DNA of 62,514 nucleotides, filler included. It is 4 parts of 4 records of this genome, joined end to end, with 100 filler letters (N's around TTAATTAATTAA, not from the genome) between each part and the next. Parts side by side here need not be neighbours in the genome. Positions count along the whole stretch, not along the records: positions 49,116 to 62,514 come from SRR20825019_1208; 3 more parts are not named here. The stretch is one strand, 5' to 3'. Positions 50,689-60,978 of the stretch are shown here, in pieces (positions within the stretch are counted from its first letter, which is position 1; each line of letters opens with the position of its first letter). Below the pieces are notes generated by a model. It did not search any database, was not told the origin of the DNA, and saw only the letters and a list, made by a program, of their open reading frames with translations. Position numbers and translations under genes: made by a program.

Positions 50689-51540
50689 ATGCGGTTCGCG
50701 ACATTTGAAATTGACGGCAAGGCGGTCTGGGGGCTGGCATCGGACAAGGGGCTGCATGCGGTCGACGCCGCTACGCTCGCGCGCTATCCGAGCCTGAAGG
50801 CCGCCATCGCGGCGGACGCACTGGCCGAAGTCGCCGCCACCCTGAAAGACAGCGCGCCGTCGGCCACTCTGGCGACTGCTCAATTCCTGCCGGTTATCCC
50901 CGATCCGGAGAAGATCCTCTGCGTTGGACTGAATTACGAGGCACATCGCCTTGAGGGCGGGTGGCCGGAAGTCGAACATCCAACGATCTTCGGCCGCTTC
51001 GCCAACTCGCAGATCGGCCACGGCCAGCCCATGATCAAGCCGAAGGTTTCGGACAAGCTCGATTACGAAGCCGAGCTTGCCGTCATCATCGGCAAGCCCG
51101 GCCGGCATATTGCCGAGGCGGACGCCATGGATCATGTCGCGGGCTATGCCTGCTACAACGAGGGCAGCGTGCGCGACTGGCAGCGCCATACCGGTCAGTT
51201 CACCCCGGGCAAGAACTTCATCGGCACCGGCGCGTTCGGGCCCTGCCTGGTGACGAAGGACGAGATCGCCGACCTTGGCCCTCTGGTTATGGAAGCCCGC
51301 CTGAACGGCGAGGTGATGCAGCACACGAAACTCGACGATCTGATTTTCTCGGTCCCGCGCCTGATCAATTACATCAGCACCTTCACCGAGCTGGTGCCGG
51401 GCGATGTGATCGTCACCGGCACGCCGGGCGGGGTCGGCTCCCGCCGCGACCCGCAGGTCTGGATGAAGCCCGGCGACGAGATCGTGATCGAGATCGACAG
51501 GATCGGCCTGCTGTCCAACACCATCGTCGCGGAAGCCTGA
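50689..51540 (+). CDS. Fumarylacetoacetate hydrolase family protein
   Basis: KILCVGLNY, LDYEAELAVIIG, GKNF, GDVIVTGTPGGVG. Confidence 0.93.
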   Translation: MRFATFEIDGKAVWGLASDKGLHAVDAATLARYPSLKAAIAADALAEVAATLKDSAPSATLATAQFLPVIPDPEKILCVGLNYEAHRLEGGWPEVEHPTIFGRFANSQIGHGQPMIKPKVSDKLDYEAELAVIIGKPGRHIAEADAMDHVAGYACYNEGSVRDWQRHTGQFTPGKNFIGTGAFGPCLVTKDEIADLGPLVMEARLNGEVMQHTKLDDLIFSVPRLINYISTFTELVPGDVIVTGTPGGVGSRRDPQVWMKPGDEIVIEIDRIGLLSNTIVAEA

Positions 51541-51544
51541 TCCC

Positions 51545-52435
51545 GTGGCGACGGTCATTCCCTTCGACCGGAATTTCGAGCCGCCTTATGGCGTCATCGA
51601 GCGGCTCGCACCCGGCCTCCGGCGGATCGTCGCCCGCAACCCCGGCCCCTTCACCTTCCGGGGAACGGCGACTTTCATCGTCGGCGAAGGGAATGTCGCG
51701 GTGATCGATCCGGGGCCGGATCTGCCGGACCATATTACGGCGCTGCTGGCCGGGCTCGGGGATGAGAAAGTCAGCCATATTCTGGTGACCCATACCCATC
51801 TGGACCATTCCCCCGCCGCCGCCGCCCTCAAAGAGGCGACAAACGCCCCGACCTACGGCTTCGGTCCGCATGGCCGCGGCCCAGGCGGCATCGAGGCTGG
51901 CGGGGACGCGGACTTCATCCCGGACGTCGTGCTGAAGGATGGCGACGCGATAGAGGGCAGCAACTGGCGGCTTGAAGCCCTGCACACGCCGGGACATACC
52001 TCGAATCATCTGGCCTTCGCCTGGACAGAGCGGAAGATCCTGTTTCCAGGCGATCTTGTCATGGGCTGGTCGACCAGTGTGATCTCGCCACCAGACGGGA
52101 ATATGGGGGATTATCTCAGAAGTCTCGACCGGCTACTCGACCGGGACGACGAAATCTACTGGCCAACCCATGGCGGGCCAATCCGGAACCCGCGCGCTTT
52201 CGTCGAGGCCTTCATAGCCCACCGCCATGACCGGGAAGAAGAGATTCTTGCTTGCATCAAGGACGGCCGAGAATTCATTTCAGACATGCTTCCGGTGATC
52301 TATGCTGACGTGCCCCCGGCCGTGCATGGCGCCGCGGCGCGCTCCCTGCTCGCCGCGCTGATCCATCTTGTAGAGAGCGAACGACTACGCTGCGATGGTT
52401 CCCCCGATGAAGAGAGCCGGTTCACCTTATCTTAA
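51545..52435 (+). CDS. MBL-fold metallo-hydrolase (LACTB2-like)
   Basis: NPGPFTFRGT, THTHLDHS, TPGHTSNH, GDLVMG, PTHG. Confidence 0.9.
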   Translation: MATVIPFDRNFEPPYGVIERLAPGLRRIVARNPGPFTFRGTATFIVGEGNVAVIDPGPDLPDHITALLAGLGDEKVSHILVTHTHLDHSPAAAALKEATNAPTYGFGPHGRGPGGIEAGGDADFIPDVVLKDGDAIEGSNWRLEALHTPGHTSNHLAFAWTERKILFPGDLVMGWSTSVISPPDGNMGDYLRSLDRLLDRDDEIYWPTHGGPIRNPRAFVEAFIAHRHDREEEILACIKDGREFISDMLPVIYADVPPAVHGAAARSLLAALIHLVESERLRCDGSPDEESRFTLS

Positions 52436-52549
52436 ACAAATAGTTATTAACTTTACCGGCTAGTGTCGTTTTGCACATGACGCATATATTTAACAAACCG
52501 AGCGAGAGGCAGGCAGCGAGCCTTATCTCCGCCATCAGGGCGATATGGC

Positions 52550-53530
52550 TTGAGCCGGGAAAAACCACCCACTCCCAGTATAAACGACCAGATTCTGGCT
52601 TCGGTATATAGCGCCGAAAACTCAGATAATCTCGATACTGCGGAAGAAATCCTCTCTAAAGCGATCAAGCAGCAGATATCGCCAGAGCATACAGCACTTT
52701 ATCTTGGCGAACTCGTGCTTATCAATCTAGCGCGCAATCGATACGACAAGGTGCTGGATATCTGCAGAAGCCTGCTCAGTAGTGCTTCTGTAATTGAGGC
52801 TCAACACCCAAATCTATTCCTGAACCTCATCGCCAGTCAGGAACTCGCGAGCTTCTTGCAGGCAGGGAATGACGTCGCCGAAGTCCCCTTTCGCGGCCAA
52901 ACGTTAAAGTTTGCGATTTCCGGGCATAACAGCGAACTAGAGGTTCAGCATATCCGGCACAAACTTTATGAACCGGAAGAGATAGAGCTCATTCTGAAAC
53001 ATATGGGCGAAGAGGATATTCTCCTCGATCTCGGTGCGAATGTCGGCAATCATGCCATCGCGCTGGCGGCCGTCCGCCCAGGCGCGACAATCCATGTCTT
53101 CGAGCCCATCAAGAAAACCTGCGAACTTCTGCGCAGGAATATCGCCCTCAACGGGCTTACAAACATCGATGCGTCGAACCTCGATATCGCCGTCGATGCC
53201 GAAGACGGCGTGCTCAACATGGTGCAACGGATCAACCTGGCAAGCAGCCGTGAAGCCACGGCAGGTATCGGTCCGGCGATTCCGAAGCGCGCTTTGAGAG
53301 CGCTTTGGCCGGAGCGAGTCGATTTCATCAAGATGGACGTGGAAGGCGCGGAGCTGCGTATCATCAAGTCCGTGCTGGACCTCATACAGAGAGACCGCAC
53401 CAAGATTATCCTCGAATGCTACAAGAGCACCGCTGAGCAGGATTTTGCAGATCTGGCCGAACTCGGGTTGGAGCAGATCGACTGCATCGAGCAGTCCGCC
53501 GTTTTCAACGTCCTTGTCCAACCCAAATAA
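52550..53530 (+). CDS. FkbM-family methyltransferase with N-terminal helical extension
   Basis: LDLGANVGNH, FEP, FIKMDVEGAE. Confidence 0.88.
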   Translation: MSREKPPTPSINDQILASVYSAENSDNLDTAEEILSKAIKQQISPEHTALYLGELVLINLARNRYDKVLDICRSLLSSASVIEAQHPNLFLNLIASQELASFLQAGNDVAEVPFRGQTLKFAISGHNSELEVQHIRHKLYEPEEIELILKHMGEEDILLDLGANVGNHAIALAAVRPGATIHVFEPIKKTCELLRRNIALNGLTNIDASNLDIAVDAEDGVLNMVQRINLASSREATAGIGPAIPKRALRALWPERVDFIKMDVEGAELRIIKSVLDLIQRDRTKIILECYKSTAEQDFADLAELGLEQIDCIEQSAVFNVLVQPK

Positions 53531-53558
53531 CAGCGAAACTCAGCTTCCAGCCGGTTTC

Positions 53559-54257
53559 TTAGCTGTACCGGATATAAGGTGATTCCGTGCGATAGCTGAA
53601 AAACGGATACTTCTCCCGCGGCGCCAGATTCTCCACATGCCTGCGCTGAACTTCCAGCAGCATGAATTCGGTCACATCCACCAAAGGAAGTTTCAGAGCT
53701 TCTGACAGGGGGAAGAAATCGAGATCGCTCAGTTCTCCGCTGCCGCCCAACTCGCCAGACATTTCCTCGGCCCAGGCAAAGAAAAACCGGGCATTGAAGC
53801 GCGCCTTGCGTTTGGAGGGCGTGATCGCGTGGCCAACATAGCCGAGCTTGCCGAGATCCGGCGCAAGGCCCCGGGCGGCAAAATCCATCCATGTCTCGTG
53901 TTTGGTTGATCCGATATCGGCCGGCCCGGCGAGCAACAGGCCGGTTTCCTCGAACGTTTCCCGAACCGCCGCCACGGAAAATCCCCGGGCGCGCCGCTGG
54001 TCCTTGGAAATACGGGTGAGAACATCCGGTGCTAGATCGCTGGCAAAACCGACGGAGCGATCCGCCGCATCAACCTTGCCGCCCGGGAACACGAAAACAC
54101 CGCCGAAGACGGCTTTCCGGGCACGCCGTCCCATCAGAACCTCAAGCCCCTCGCCCTGACGCCGGAGCACGATCAGGGTCCCTGAATCCTTTGGGCGTAC
54201 GGGCTTTTGTCCAGGCTCGGAGAGGCTGGGGAGGGATTTCGGCGGAGCGCGTCTCAT
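53559..54257 (-). CDS. NUDIX hydrolase
   Basis: FVFPGGKVD, AAVRETFEETGL, ITP...RFNARFF. Confidence 0.9.
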   Translation of the reverse strand: MRRAPPKSLPSLSEPGQKPVRPKDSGTLIVLRRQGEGLEVLMGRRARKAVFGGVFVFPGGKVDAADRSVGFASDLAPDVLTRISKDQRRARGFSVAAVRETFEETGLLLAGPADIGSTKHETWMDFAARGLAPDLGKLGYVGHAITPSKRKARFNARFFFAWAEEMSGELGGSGELSDLDFFPLSEALKLPLVDVTEFMLLEVQRRHVENLAPREKYPFFSYRTESPYIRYS

Positions 54258-54354
54258 GGGAACTCATTGACCAAGCGTAATTGATGCCGCCCAGTCTAGG
54301 CCGGTTGAAGCAGACCTCCAACCTTGATCGCACTCTGTTCCGAAAGAACAGGCG

Positions 54355-54453
54355 TTAGATGTTGTTCATCGCGCCATAATAAGCGACGTAACCCAGCAGG
54401 GCGAGAATGCCTGCGCAGGTCAGGATGGTCTGGGTAATGCTGATCCGGGTCAT
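54355..54453 (-). CDS. Possible 32-aa membrane peptide
   Basis: AAGGGA RBS; single hydrophobic helix MTRISITQTILTCAGILALLGYVAYYGAMNNI. Confidence 0.45.
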   Translation of the reverse strand: MTRISITQTILTCAGILALLGYVAYYGAMNNI

Positions 54454-54625
54454 GTCCGTATCCCTTTCGCAGGTGGACGAGTGTTCATCCCGAATATAAT
54501 CCGCACACCGCCTTGCAACATCCGCATATACCGCATCGCACAATTGCACGCAGAGCATAGGTAGACACAAATACGGCGTATTATTGCCGAATATTAACGA
54601 ATAAGGATGCTGCTGTATCGCTTGG

Positions 54626-55069
54626 TCAGCTCTCCCGGGGAGGGTCCAGCAGCCCCGAAAGGCGCCGCGCGGCCGCTCTTGCCAGTGCCAGCGTAAGGGA
54701 TTTCCGGCGCGCGGGGTTGAGCTTCGCCGGCTCCGGCTCCCGAACGATCACCGCCTCATACTGATCCGCCAGAATAAGGCCGCATCGCGGATCATCCGGC
54801 AGAATATCCCGCGGGAAATCCGGCGAAACGGCGAAGTAAAACCGATCGCAGAAATCCAGATACTCGTGCCATTTCCCGTCCGCGCGATAGTCCGCGAGGT
54901 CTGACTTCACCTCGACAATTGCGATGCCTCCGGATGCATCGACGGCCATGACGTCAACCCGGCGCCCGGAACGCAGCGGCATCTCGGTCACATGGCACCA
55001 GTCGAGACTGGTAAGGAGACGAGTGACCCCGCGGGTGATGTGAAGGGTTATCTCCGGCCGGGCCGCCAC
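54626..55069 (-). CDS. mmcB: MmcB-family (DUF1052) PD-(D/E)xK DNA-repair endonuclease; start uncertain
   Basis: RGVTRL, GRRVDV, IVEVKS, DYRADGKWHEYLDFCDRFYFAV, GLILADQY. Confidence 0.88.
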   Translation of the reverse strand: MAARPEITLHITRGVTRLLTSLDWCHVTEMPLRSGRRVDVMAVDASGGIAIVEVKSDLADYRADGKWHEYLDFCDRFYFAVSPDFPRDILPDDPRCGLILADQYEAVIVREPEPAKLNPARRKSLTLALARAAARRLSGLLDPPRES

Positions 55070-55079
55070 GTCTGGCGCC

Positions 55080-56507
55080 TCAATCGAGACTGAGATTGGT
55101 CGCCCCGCGTGTATCCGCACCGGAGAGGTCCGCGCCACGCAGGTCCGCACCATCAAAATCCGCATCGCACAGCACCGCGCCCCGCAGATTGCAGTCACGC
55201 AGATCAGCGCCAGCGAACACCGCACCACTCATCTCCGCCTGATGGAAATCGCCTCCCCGCAGCACCGCATTGTCGAACCGGGCGCGGTCGAAATGCGCGG
55301 GCCAGCGTTGCGTCTTCGCCCCGACAATCTGCACCGGGCTGGCCTGCACCCCGACAAGCCGCGCCTCCATGAGATTTGCCCTGCGCATGGTGACCCCGCG
55401 CAAATCTCCACTGGAGAGGTCCGCCCCCCGCATATCCGCCAACGCCACGTCCGCCATCAACAGATTAACCCCGCTGAGATCGCACCCGGTCAGGACGCTG
55501 CACTCCATGTTCGCCGCCGCCAGATTGAGCCGGCTGAGGCTTTGCCGGCTCATGTCCCGGCGCGCCAGATTTGCCCGCTCGCCCTGCTTGCCGTTGCTTT
55601 TGATCCAGATGTCATGGCGCACCATGATGTTCGCCATTTCCGGGCCGAGGGCATCCAGCAGCTTCGGCATCCGCGCCAGACGAAATTGCGGATCCCCCGG
55701 ATTCATGTTCGAGAACACCGCCCCCGCAAGGTCCGCGTCCGTCAGGTCCGTGCCGCTGAAAATCGCGTTGTAGAGGATGGCTCCATTAAGGATCGCACCG
55801 GTCAGAACCGCCTCCGTCAGGTCGGCGCCCTCAAGGTCCGCCCCTGTCAGATTGGAATGACTGAGATCGGCACGGACGAAGCGCGTGTTTCGCAGCTTCG
55901 CGTCGGTCAGATCGGTCTGCACGATGAAGGCGTTGGACAGCCGGGCTCCGCTCATGTCCGCGCGGGTCGCGTTGGCGACAGCCAGGTCGGCATCGACAGT
56001 GTTGTAGGTCACCGCGACCAGGTTGCCCTTCTTGTCCGGCTTCAGCAGGACGCCGTCCCGCAGATCCGCTTCCATCAGCAAGACATCGCAGAGATCGGCC
56101 CCGCGCAGGCAGGCACCACGGAGATCCGCACGGGAAAGATCCGTGCCTTTCAGGATGGTCTCGCGCATGTCACAGGCGAAAAGATTCGCCGTCTGAAGGT
56201 TGGCCCCCTCGACATTCGCATTCCGCAGGGATGAGCCGGAGAACTCTGCCCCGCGCAGATCTTTCCCGGCAAGATCCATGTATTTCAGATCGTATCCCGG
56301 CAGGTTGGCCCGCGCGCCACCGGTCTGTCCCCGCAGGAACATGCCGTGACGCACGATAATATCCTCGAGCTCCGGAGCCGAAATTTTTCTCAGGGGAAGG
56401 TCGTCGGTCGCGGATGCGCCGAGGTCCAAACGTTTTTCCGATGCCGCCCAGGCGACTTCGGTCGGGATTCCCGTCACTGTATCGTTGTCAGGGTCTTTTC
56501 CTGGCAA
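55080..56507 (-). CDS. Pentapeptide repeat protein
   Basis: Extensive A(D/N)LxG repeats in two modules, each led by H...G.RANL. Confidence 0.92.
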   Translation of the reverse strand: MPGKDPDNDTVTGIPTEVAWAASEKRLDLGASATDDLPLRKISAPELEDIIVRHGMFLRGQTGGARANLPGYDLKYMDLAGKDLRGAEFSGSSLRNANVEGANLQTANLFACDMRETILKGTDLSRADLRGACLRGADLCDVLLMEADLRDGVLLKPDKKGNLVAVTYNTVDADLAVANATRADMSGARLSNAFIVQTDLTDAKLRNTRFVRADLSHSNLTGADLEGADLTEAVLTGAILNGAILYNAIFSGTDLTDADLAGAVFSNMNPGDPQFRLARMPKLLDALGPEMANIMVRHDIWIKSNGKQGERANLARRDMSRQSLSRLNLAAANMECSVLTGCDLSGVNLLMADVALADMRGADLSSGDLRGVTMRRANLMEARLVGVQASPVQIVGAKTQRWPAHFDRARFDNAVLRGGDFHQAEMSGAVFAGADLRDCNLRGAVLCDADFDGADLRGADLSGADTRGATNLSLD

Positions 56508-56617
56508 GAAGCGCGCCTACTCTCCGACTCTTTGCTCCGGCCCAAAGCCTGGATGCGGTTTCTTCAGTAAATTGTGTTTTGAGCAGGAATTGCAAAACAT
56601 TCGTCACGAAAGCGGCG

Positions 56618-57565
56618 TTACATCCAATCTTGAGCTTGTGGAAAATTATACGCCACGAACCGGTAAGTTGACTGGACCGCCTCGCGAATTCCCTTTGACC
56701 GGGTCGAGAGATCAATGTTCCAGGTCTCGATAACCTCGTCCCAGATCATGATTTTCTTGTGCAGCTCATCGCGCATCTCGCGAATGAAATTGATCTGCTT
56801 GTCATAGCTTCTCAGAACCGTGAGGATTTCCCCGGTCTGTGCGTCGACCTGATCGAAAATGAAGCTGAAATCACGGATCGGCGGCTCCATCAGCGTCCGC
56901 ACGCGCTGCACTTCACTGATGAATTGCCTGTCACCGCGATGCAGGGCAATCACCTGAATCAGCTTGCCCTGGATTGCGCTGGCATGGGTAAACCGGTCAC
57001 GCAGGGCTTCGATATAGGCGAGTTCGCGGGCAACGCGGTCCACCAGATCGAGCACTTCCTGCTTGCGCTCCTTGCCCATGCCGAGTTTCTCGGCAATGTC
57101 TGCGACACCGCTCTGGATACGTTCCTTGGTCTCCGGCTTTGCCAGTTCGGCCTGAATGTCTGATTCGGCCATGGAGATATTATCTCCGGTCACCCATTTG
57201 GCGATCTGCACCATCAGACGATTTTTGGCCCGCTCAAGATGCTTTTCCTCAATCGACCAGCTGGCGGAACCATCCAGCAACTCGCGCGGGATGGTATCGC
57301 CCGGCCGGATATCCTTGACGTAATTCAGGCCTTTGCGAACCGTGACGAGCAGTTTTCCATCCTGGGAATCCTCATCGATACCGAATTCCGTACACAGGGA
57401 TTCGAGCGGGACCGACGCTTCAAGATCCCCGACCTTCACACGCAGGGCCGGAATCCGGTCCTGCCCCGACAACATGAAATGCGCGCCGTTGACCTTGAAT
57501 ATTCTATGCTCGAAAGCGAAGTGCGTGGATGGATCCAGCGCGCCCTCTTCTTCAGCAGCCGTCAT
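56618..57565 (-). CDS. Hypothetical protein (315 aa)
   Basis: Long ORF with GGAG RBS, divergent from cheZ; no motif recognised. Confidence 0.8.
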   Translation of the reverse strand: MTAAEEEGALDPSTHFAFEHRIFKVNGAHFMLSGQDRIPALRVKVGDLEASVPLESLCTEFGIDEDSQDGKLLVTVRKGLNYVKDIRPGDTIPRELLDGSASWSIEEKHLERAKNRLMVQIAKWVTGDNISMAESDIQAELAKPETKERIQSGVADIAEKLGMGKERKQEVLDLVDRVARELAYIEALRDRFTHASAIQGKLIQVIALHRGDRQFISEVQRVRTLMEPPIRDFSFIFDQVDAQTGEILTVLRSYDKQINFIREMRDELHKKIMIWDEVIETWNIDLSTRSKGIREAVQSTYRFVAYNFPQAQDWM

Positions 57566-57733
57566 TTTTACTCCAGATCACAGGGCTCAGATCGCAAGAC
57601 CAGACCACAGGGCCAAAAGCCGGTGAGCCCGCCCATGATGCCGTCATACGCCAGAAGACTGAATGAATTGCTAACATCATTAACGTTCCGATCCAACGTA
57701 CGCCTTCAAAGAAGGATTGGTAGAGAAAATTGA

Positions 57734-57748
57734 TTAACGGAAAATTAG
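57734..57748. promoter_or_regulatory. Putative CtrA box
   Basis: TTAA-N7-TTAG between the divergent hypothetical gene and cheZ. Confidence 0.4.
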
Positions 57749-57841
57749 GAACGCCCAGGTTATAGTGTAAAGTGGTTGAGGTCGCGTCACGAAGCAAAAC
57801 ATGAGCGCGTCCCGGGGTTTAACAAGTGCTGAGGTCGCGCC

Positions 57842-58657
57842 GTGGGTGATGCTAAGGGAAAAGTCTTCTCGGTGGAGCGCCGCGCTCAAGAACGCGGGTA
57901 TCCGATCCAATCGCCAACGGCTGTTAAGGACGTTATGGCATCTTTCTCCTCCAACGCATTCGAAGAAGCACTTCTTGCCGAAATTTCGAGTTTGAGAACA
58001 GAGCTCTCCGAGATCCGCAAGGCTGTTGGACTTGGCATACCGGCCGCAGCGCAACCGACAGCACAGCCAGCCGAAGAAACCGACCCGTCTGATCCGGCCC
58101 TTGGCTCAACCGACATCGACCATGAACTGCGCGTGGAAATCGCGCAGATGGTCCGCTCCATCGGCCGGGCAAAAACCCAGATCGCGGCAATCAAGCACCC
58201 GATGTCCGCGGAAGACCAGATGCAGACCGCCTCCCTGCAGCTGGACACGATCGTGCAAACAACGGAAACCGCGACCAACGAGATCATGGAATCAGTCGAT
58301 GCCATCGAAGGCACCCTGAAACAGATCCATGGCTTCACTCTCGATGATCCGGAAGTTCAGCAACTGATCGATCAGGCATCCAATCAGCTGATCTCGATCA
58401 TCGAAGCCTGCAGTTTCCAGGACCTCACGGGCCAGCGAATCAATCAGGTGGTGAAGACACTGCGCTTCATCGAAAGCCGGATCCTGGCCATGATCGACAT
58501 CTGGGGCGGTCTTGAAGCCTTCAAGGACCTGCCGATCCCCGAGGACGAGAGCGCGGGCGGGGATGGAACAACAGAGGAAGAGGAAGGCCTTCTTAACGGC
58601 CCGGCACTGGGTAGCCAGGGCCTCAGCCAGGATGATATCGACGCCCTGTTCGACTAG
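57842..58657 (+). CDS. cheZ: Alphaproteobacterial CheZ-like phosphatase
   Basis: TETATNEIM, EACSFQDLTGQRI (DxxxQ), LLNGP, C-terminal SQDDIDALFD. Confidence 0.85.
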   Translation: MGDAKGKVFSVERRAQERGYPIQSPTAVKDVMASFSSNAFEEALLAEISSLRTELSEIRKAVGLGIPAAAQPTAQPAEETDPSDPALGSTDIDHELRVEIAQMVRSIGRAKTQIAAIKHPMSAEDQMQTASLQLDTIVQTTETATNEIMESVDAIEGTLKQIHGFTLDDPEVQQLIDQASNQLISIIEACSFQDLTGQRINQVVKTLRFIESRILAMIDIWGGLEAFKDLPIPEDESAGGDGTTEEEEGLLNGPALGSQGLSQDDIDALFD

Positions 58658-58715
58658 GTGACATCGGAAAAACTGCCGGCACCTTGCTCCGGCAGGACCT
58701 TAAGCGAGCCGGGAT

Positions 58716-58744
58716 CTTGATCCTGGCCCGCCGATCACCTACAT
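58716..58744 (+). promoter_or_regulatory. RpoH (sigma32)-type promoter
   Basis: CTTG-N18-CCTACAT upstream of hsp20. Confidence 0.6.
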
Positions 58745-58749
58745 GAGGT

Positions 58750-58839
58750 AAGCGCGTGATCAATGAGGATGCGCGCTCTGAGTGCCGCGATGCGGGCTCG
58801 AAGATCGTCTCGCTCATGCGATGAGGGGTTGGTCCCATG
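58750..58839 (+). promoter_or_regulatory. Candidate ROSE-like RNA thermometer
   Basis: UCGCU (58810-58814) just upstream of SD GAGGGG (58823-58828) in a small-HSP leader. Confidence 0.4.
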
Positions 58840-59301
58840 TCACGGATGTCTGTTTTCAATTCCCCGCTCCTGCTTGGTTTCGACCATTTCGAGCGGACGC
58901 TTGACCGAATATCCAAATCCACGGCCGACGGCTATCCGCCCTACAATATCGAGCAAACCTCGAGCGACGGCCTGCGTATCACGCTTGCAGTCGCCGGTTT
59001 CGGCTCCGACGAGCTGAGTGTGCAGATAGAAGATAGCCAGTTGGTCATCCGCGGCCGTCAGATCGAGGAAGACGACAGGATTTACCTGCATCGCGGCATT
59101 GCCGCACGGCAGTTCCTGCGGACTTTTGTTCTGGCGGAAGGTATAGAGGTGGTATCCGCGGATCTCGACAATGGCCTCCTTCATATCGACCTCCGCCGCC
59201 CGATGCCGGAAGTGAAGGTACAGACCATCGAGATCAATGCCGGAAAGAAACCGGCATCGCGGGTCTCGGCAAAGAAGCTTGATGTCGAGCGGGCCGACTG
59301 A
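58837..59301 (+). CDS. Hsp20 small heat-shock protein (IbpA-like)
   Basis: LLGFDHF, YPPYNIE, LAVAGF, YLHRGIAARQF, NGLLHIDL. Confidence 0.94.
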   Translation: MSRMSVFNSPLLLGFDHFERTLDRISKSTADGYPPYNIEQTSSDGLRITLAVAGFGSDELSVQIEDSQLVIRGRQIEEDDRIYLHRGIAARQFLRTFVLAEGIEVVSADLDNGLLHIDLRRPMPEVKVQTIEINAGKKPASRVSAKKLDVERAD

Positions 59302-59364
59302 GACCGTTAGCCAGACGGCTCCATTAAAGCCTCAACAGGCAGTGTCCGGAATGCGGAGAGAGTA

Positions 59365-59592
59365 ATGGGAATCGAAATGCCCCGACCGAACAGTGTACGC
59401 CATCTGAACTCACGCGACTTCGCCGCCCTCGGGCTGTTCGATGTCGCGTTCGTCAAGCCGGTGACAAGTGACGGCGAAGAGAGCTTCGAGATTCATACGG
59501 CGGATGGAAAGCTGGTCGCGGATGCCCCGAGCTGGGAGGCCGCCGTTTTCCTGATCGCCGAAAACGAGATGCAGGCCGCACGCGTCCACTAG
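59365..59592 (+). CDS. DUF1150-like protein
   Basis: FAALG...VAFVKPV...IHTADG...RVH, directly downstream of hsp20. Confidence 0.75.
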   Translation: MGIEMPRPNSVRHLNSRDFAALGLFDVAFVKPVTSDGEESFEIHTADGKLVADAPSWEAAVFLIAENEMQAARVH

Positions 59593-59663
59593 GACGCGCC
59601 CGCTGCCAGGCAGCCGCCAAAGATACCCAAAAAATTAAAAGATAGGCAGACAGCAGCGCCCTT

Positions 59664-60128
59664 TCAGGCCGCGTTGCTGGCTTTCGCCTCGGTCAGAAGC
59701 GCATAGATCGCGTCCACACTGTCCGCACCACGGATCTTCTCGCAGACAGCCTTGTCCCGCAGCAGACGGGAGACACGGGCCAGCGCCTTCAGGTGATCCG
59801 CGCCTGCGGATTCAGGTGCCAGCAGCAGAAAAATGATATCCACCGGGTTGTCGTCGATCGCATCGAACTCGACGGCACGATCCGCACGCGCAAAGACCGC
59901 ATAAAGCCGGTCCAGCGACGGCAGCTTGCCGTGCGGTATGGCGATGCCATTACCCATCCCGGTCGTGCCCAAGCGCTCGCGCTCAAGAAGCACGTCAAAG
60001 ATTTCTCTCTGCTCAAGTCCGGTCACATCTGCTGCACGGCGGGAAAGCTCCTGCAGTGCCTGCTTCTTGGATGTGACCTTCAAATGAGGGAGAACCCCCT
60101 CGGGAATAAGGATGTCCGCGATTTCCAT
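59664..60128 (-). CDS. ptsN: PTS IIA-Ntr
   Basis: RERLGTTGMGNGIAIPH, AGADHLKALA. Confidence 0.95.
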   Translation of the reverse strand: MEIADILIPEGVLPHLKVTSKKQALQELSRRAADVTGLEQREIFDVLLERERLGTTGMGNGIAIPHGKLPSLDRLYAVFARADRAVEFDAIDDNPVDIIFLLLAPESAGADHLKALARVSRLLRDKAVCEKIRGADSVDAIYALLTEAKASNAA

Positions 60129-60228
60129 CGTGTCTACCCTGCTCTCGTTTCCATATCTGGCGTCGCGCAGGCTTTCTCTGTCAAGTAGAGCTGCCTGCGC
60201 GAGCGCGCCGATTCACGTGGAGTCCGGC

Positions 60229-60807
60229 TCAAGCCTGAGCCAGCCCCTTCGGATCAATCCAACCGATGTTCCCGTCACTCCGACGGTAGATCACATTCAT
60301 CTCGCCATGAGCCCGGTTCCGGAACATCACGACCTGAAGTTCTCCAAGCTCGAGGCGCATCACCGCCTCTTCGACCGAGAGATCCTCGATCGAGGTGGTC
60401 ATCTCCGCGACGACCACCGGCTGCCATTCATCCTCTACCGAGGGTTCGGAAGCCGGAAACTCGCCAGCGAGGACGTATTGTTGCGCTGCAACTTTCGCGC
60501 CACCGTTTCCGCGATGATGGTCCCGCACCCGTCGCTTGAAGCGGCGCAGGCGCTTGTCGATATGCTCGCCCGCCTGATCCACGGAAGCGTAGGCGTCAGC
60601 CGCGATACCCTGACCGCGCACAAACATCTCGCGTCCCACATGGACGGCGATGTCGGTACGGAAATTGTTCCCCTCCTTGGAAACGGTCACGCTTCCGTCC
60701 AGGGGATCGCCAAAGTATTTTTCAGAGATCGCAGTAACCAAACGCTCGATATGCTCGTTGAGCGCCTCGCTGACCTGGACCTGCTTGCCGTTAATCGATA
60801 ATTGCAT
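60229..60807 (-). CDS. hpf: Ribosome hibernation promoting factor (long HPF)
   Basis: DAYASVD, KRLRRFKRR, SVEEAVM, VIYRRSDGNIGWIDP. Confidence 0.93.
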   Translation of the reverse strand: MQLSINGKQVQVSEALNEHIERLVTAISEKYFGDPLDGSVTVSKEGNNFRTDIAVHVGREMFVRGQGIAADAYASVDQAGEHIDKRLRRFKRRVRDHHRGNGGAKVAAQQYVLAGEFPASEPSVEDEWQPVVVAEMTTSIEDLSVEEAVMRLELGELQVVMFRNRAHGEMNVIYRRSDGNIGWIDPKGLAQA

Positions 60808-60978
60808 GCTTCTTTCGCGGTCGATGAAATCTGACCTGTCACTGTCCGGCCCTGGGGCAATAGCACCCTTAAAAATCGGCCCGAACGCCGTCCCTCGGCG
60901 AAGGCGCGGAACTTATTAGCGCCCAAGAAGAGAGTCAAGCATTGCGCTTACCAGATTCCTAAGCGCCGGACAATTAGA

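Noticed and set aside
51545-52435. Third MBL as part of the defence system or as an antibiotic-resistance gene
   Set aside because: Different contig; LACTB2-like housekeeping motifs and context.
55080-56400. Periodic DNA repeats suggesting a CRISPR or tandem array
   Set aside because: Explained by pentapeptide codon periodicity; no repeat-spacer structure or cas genes in the window.
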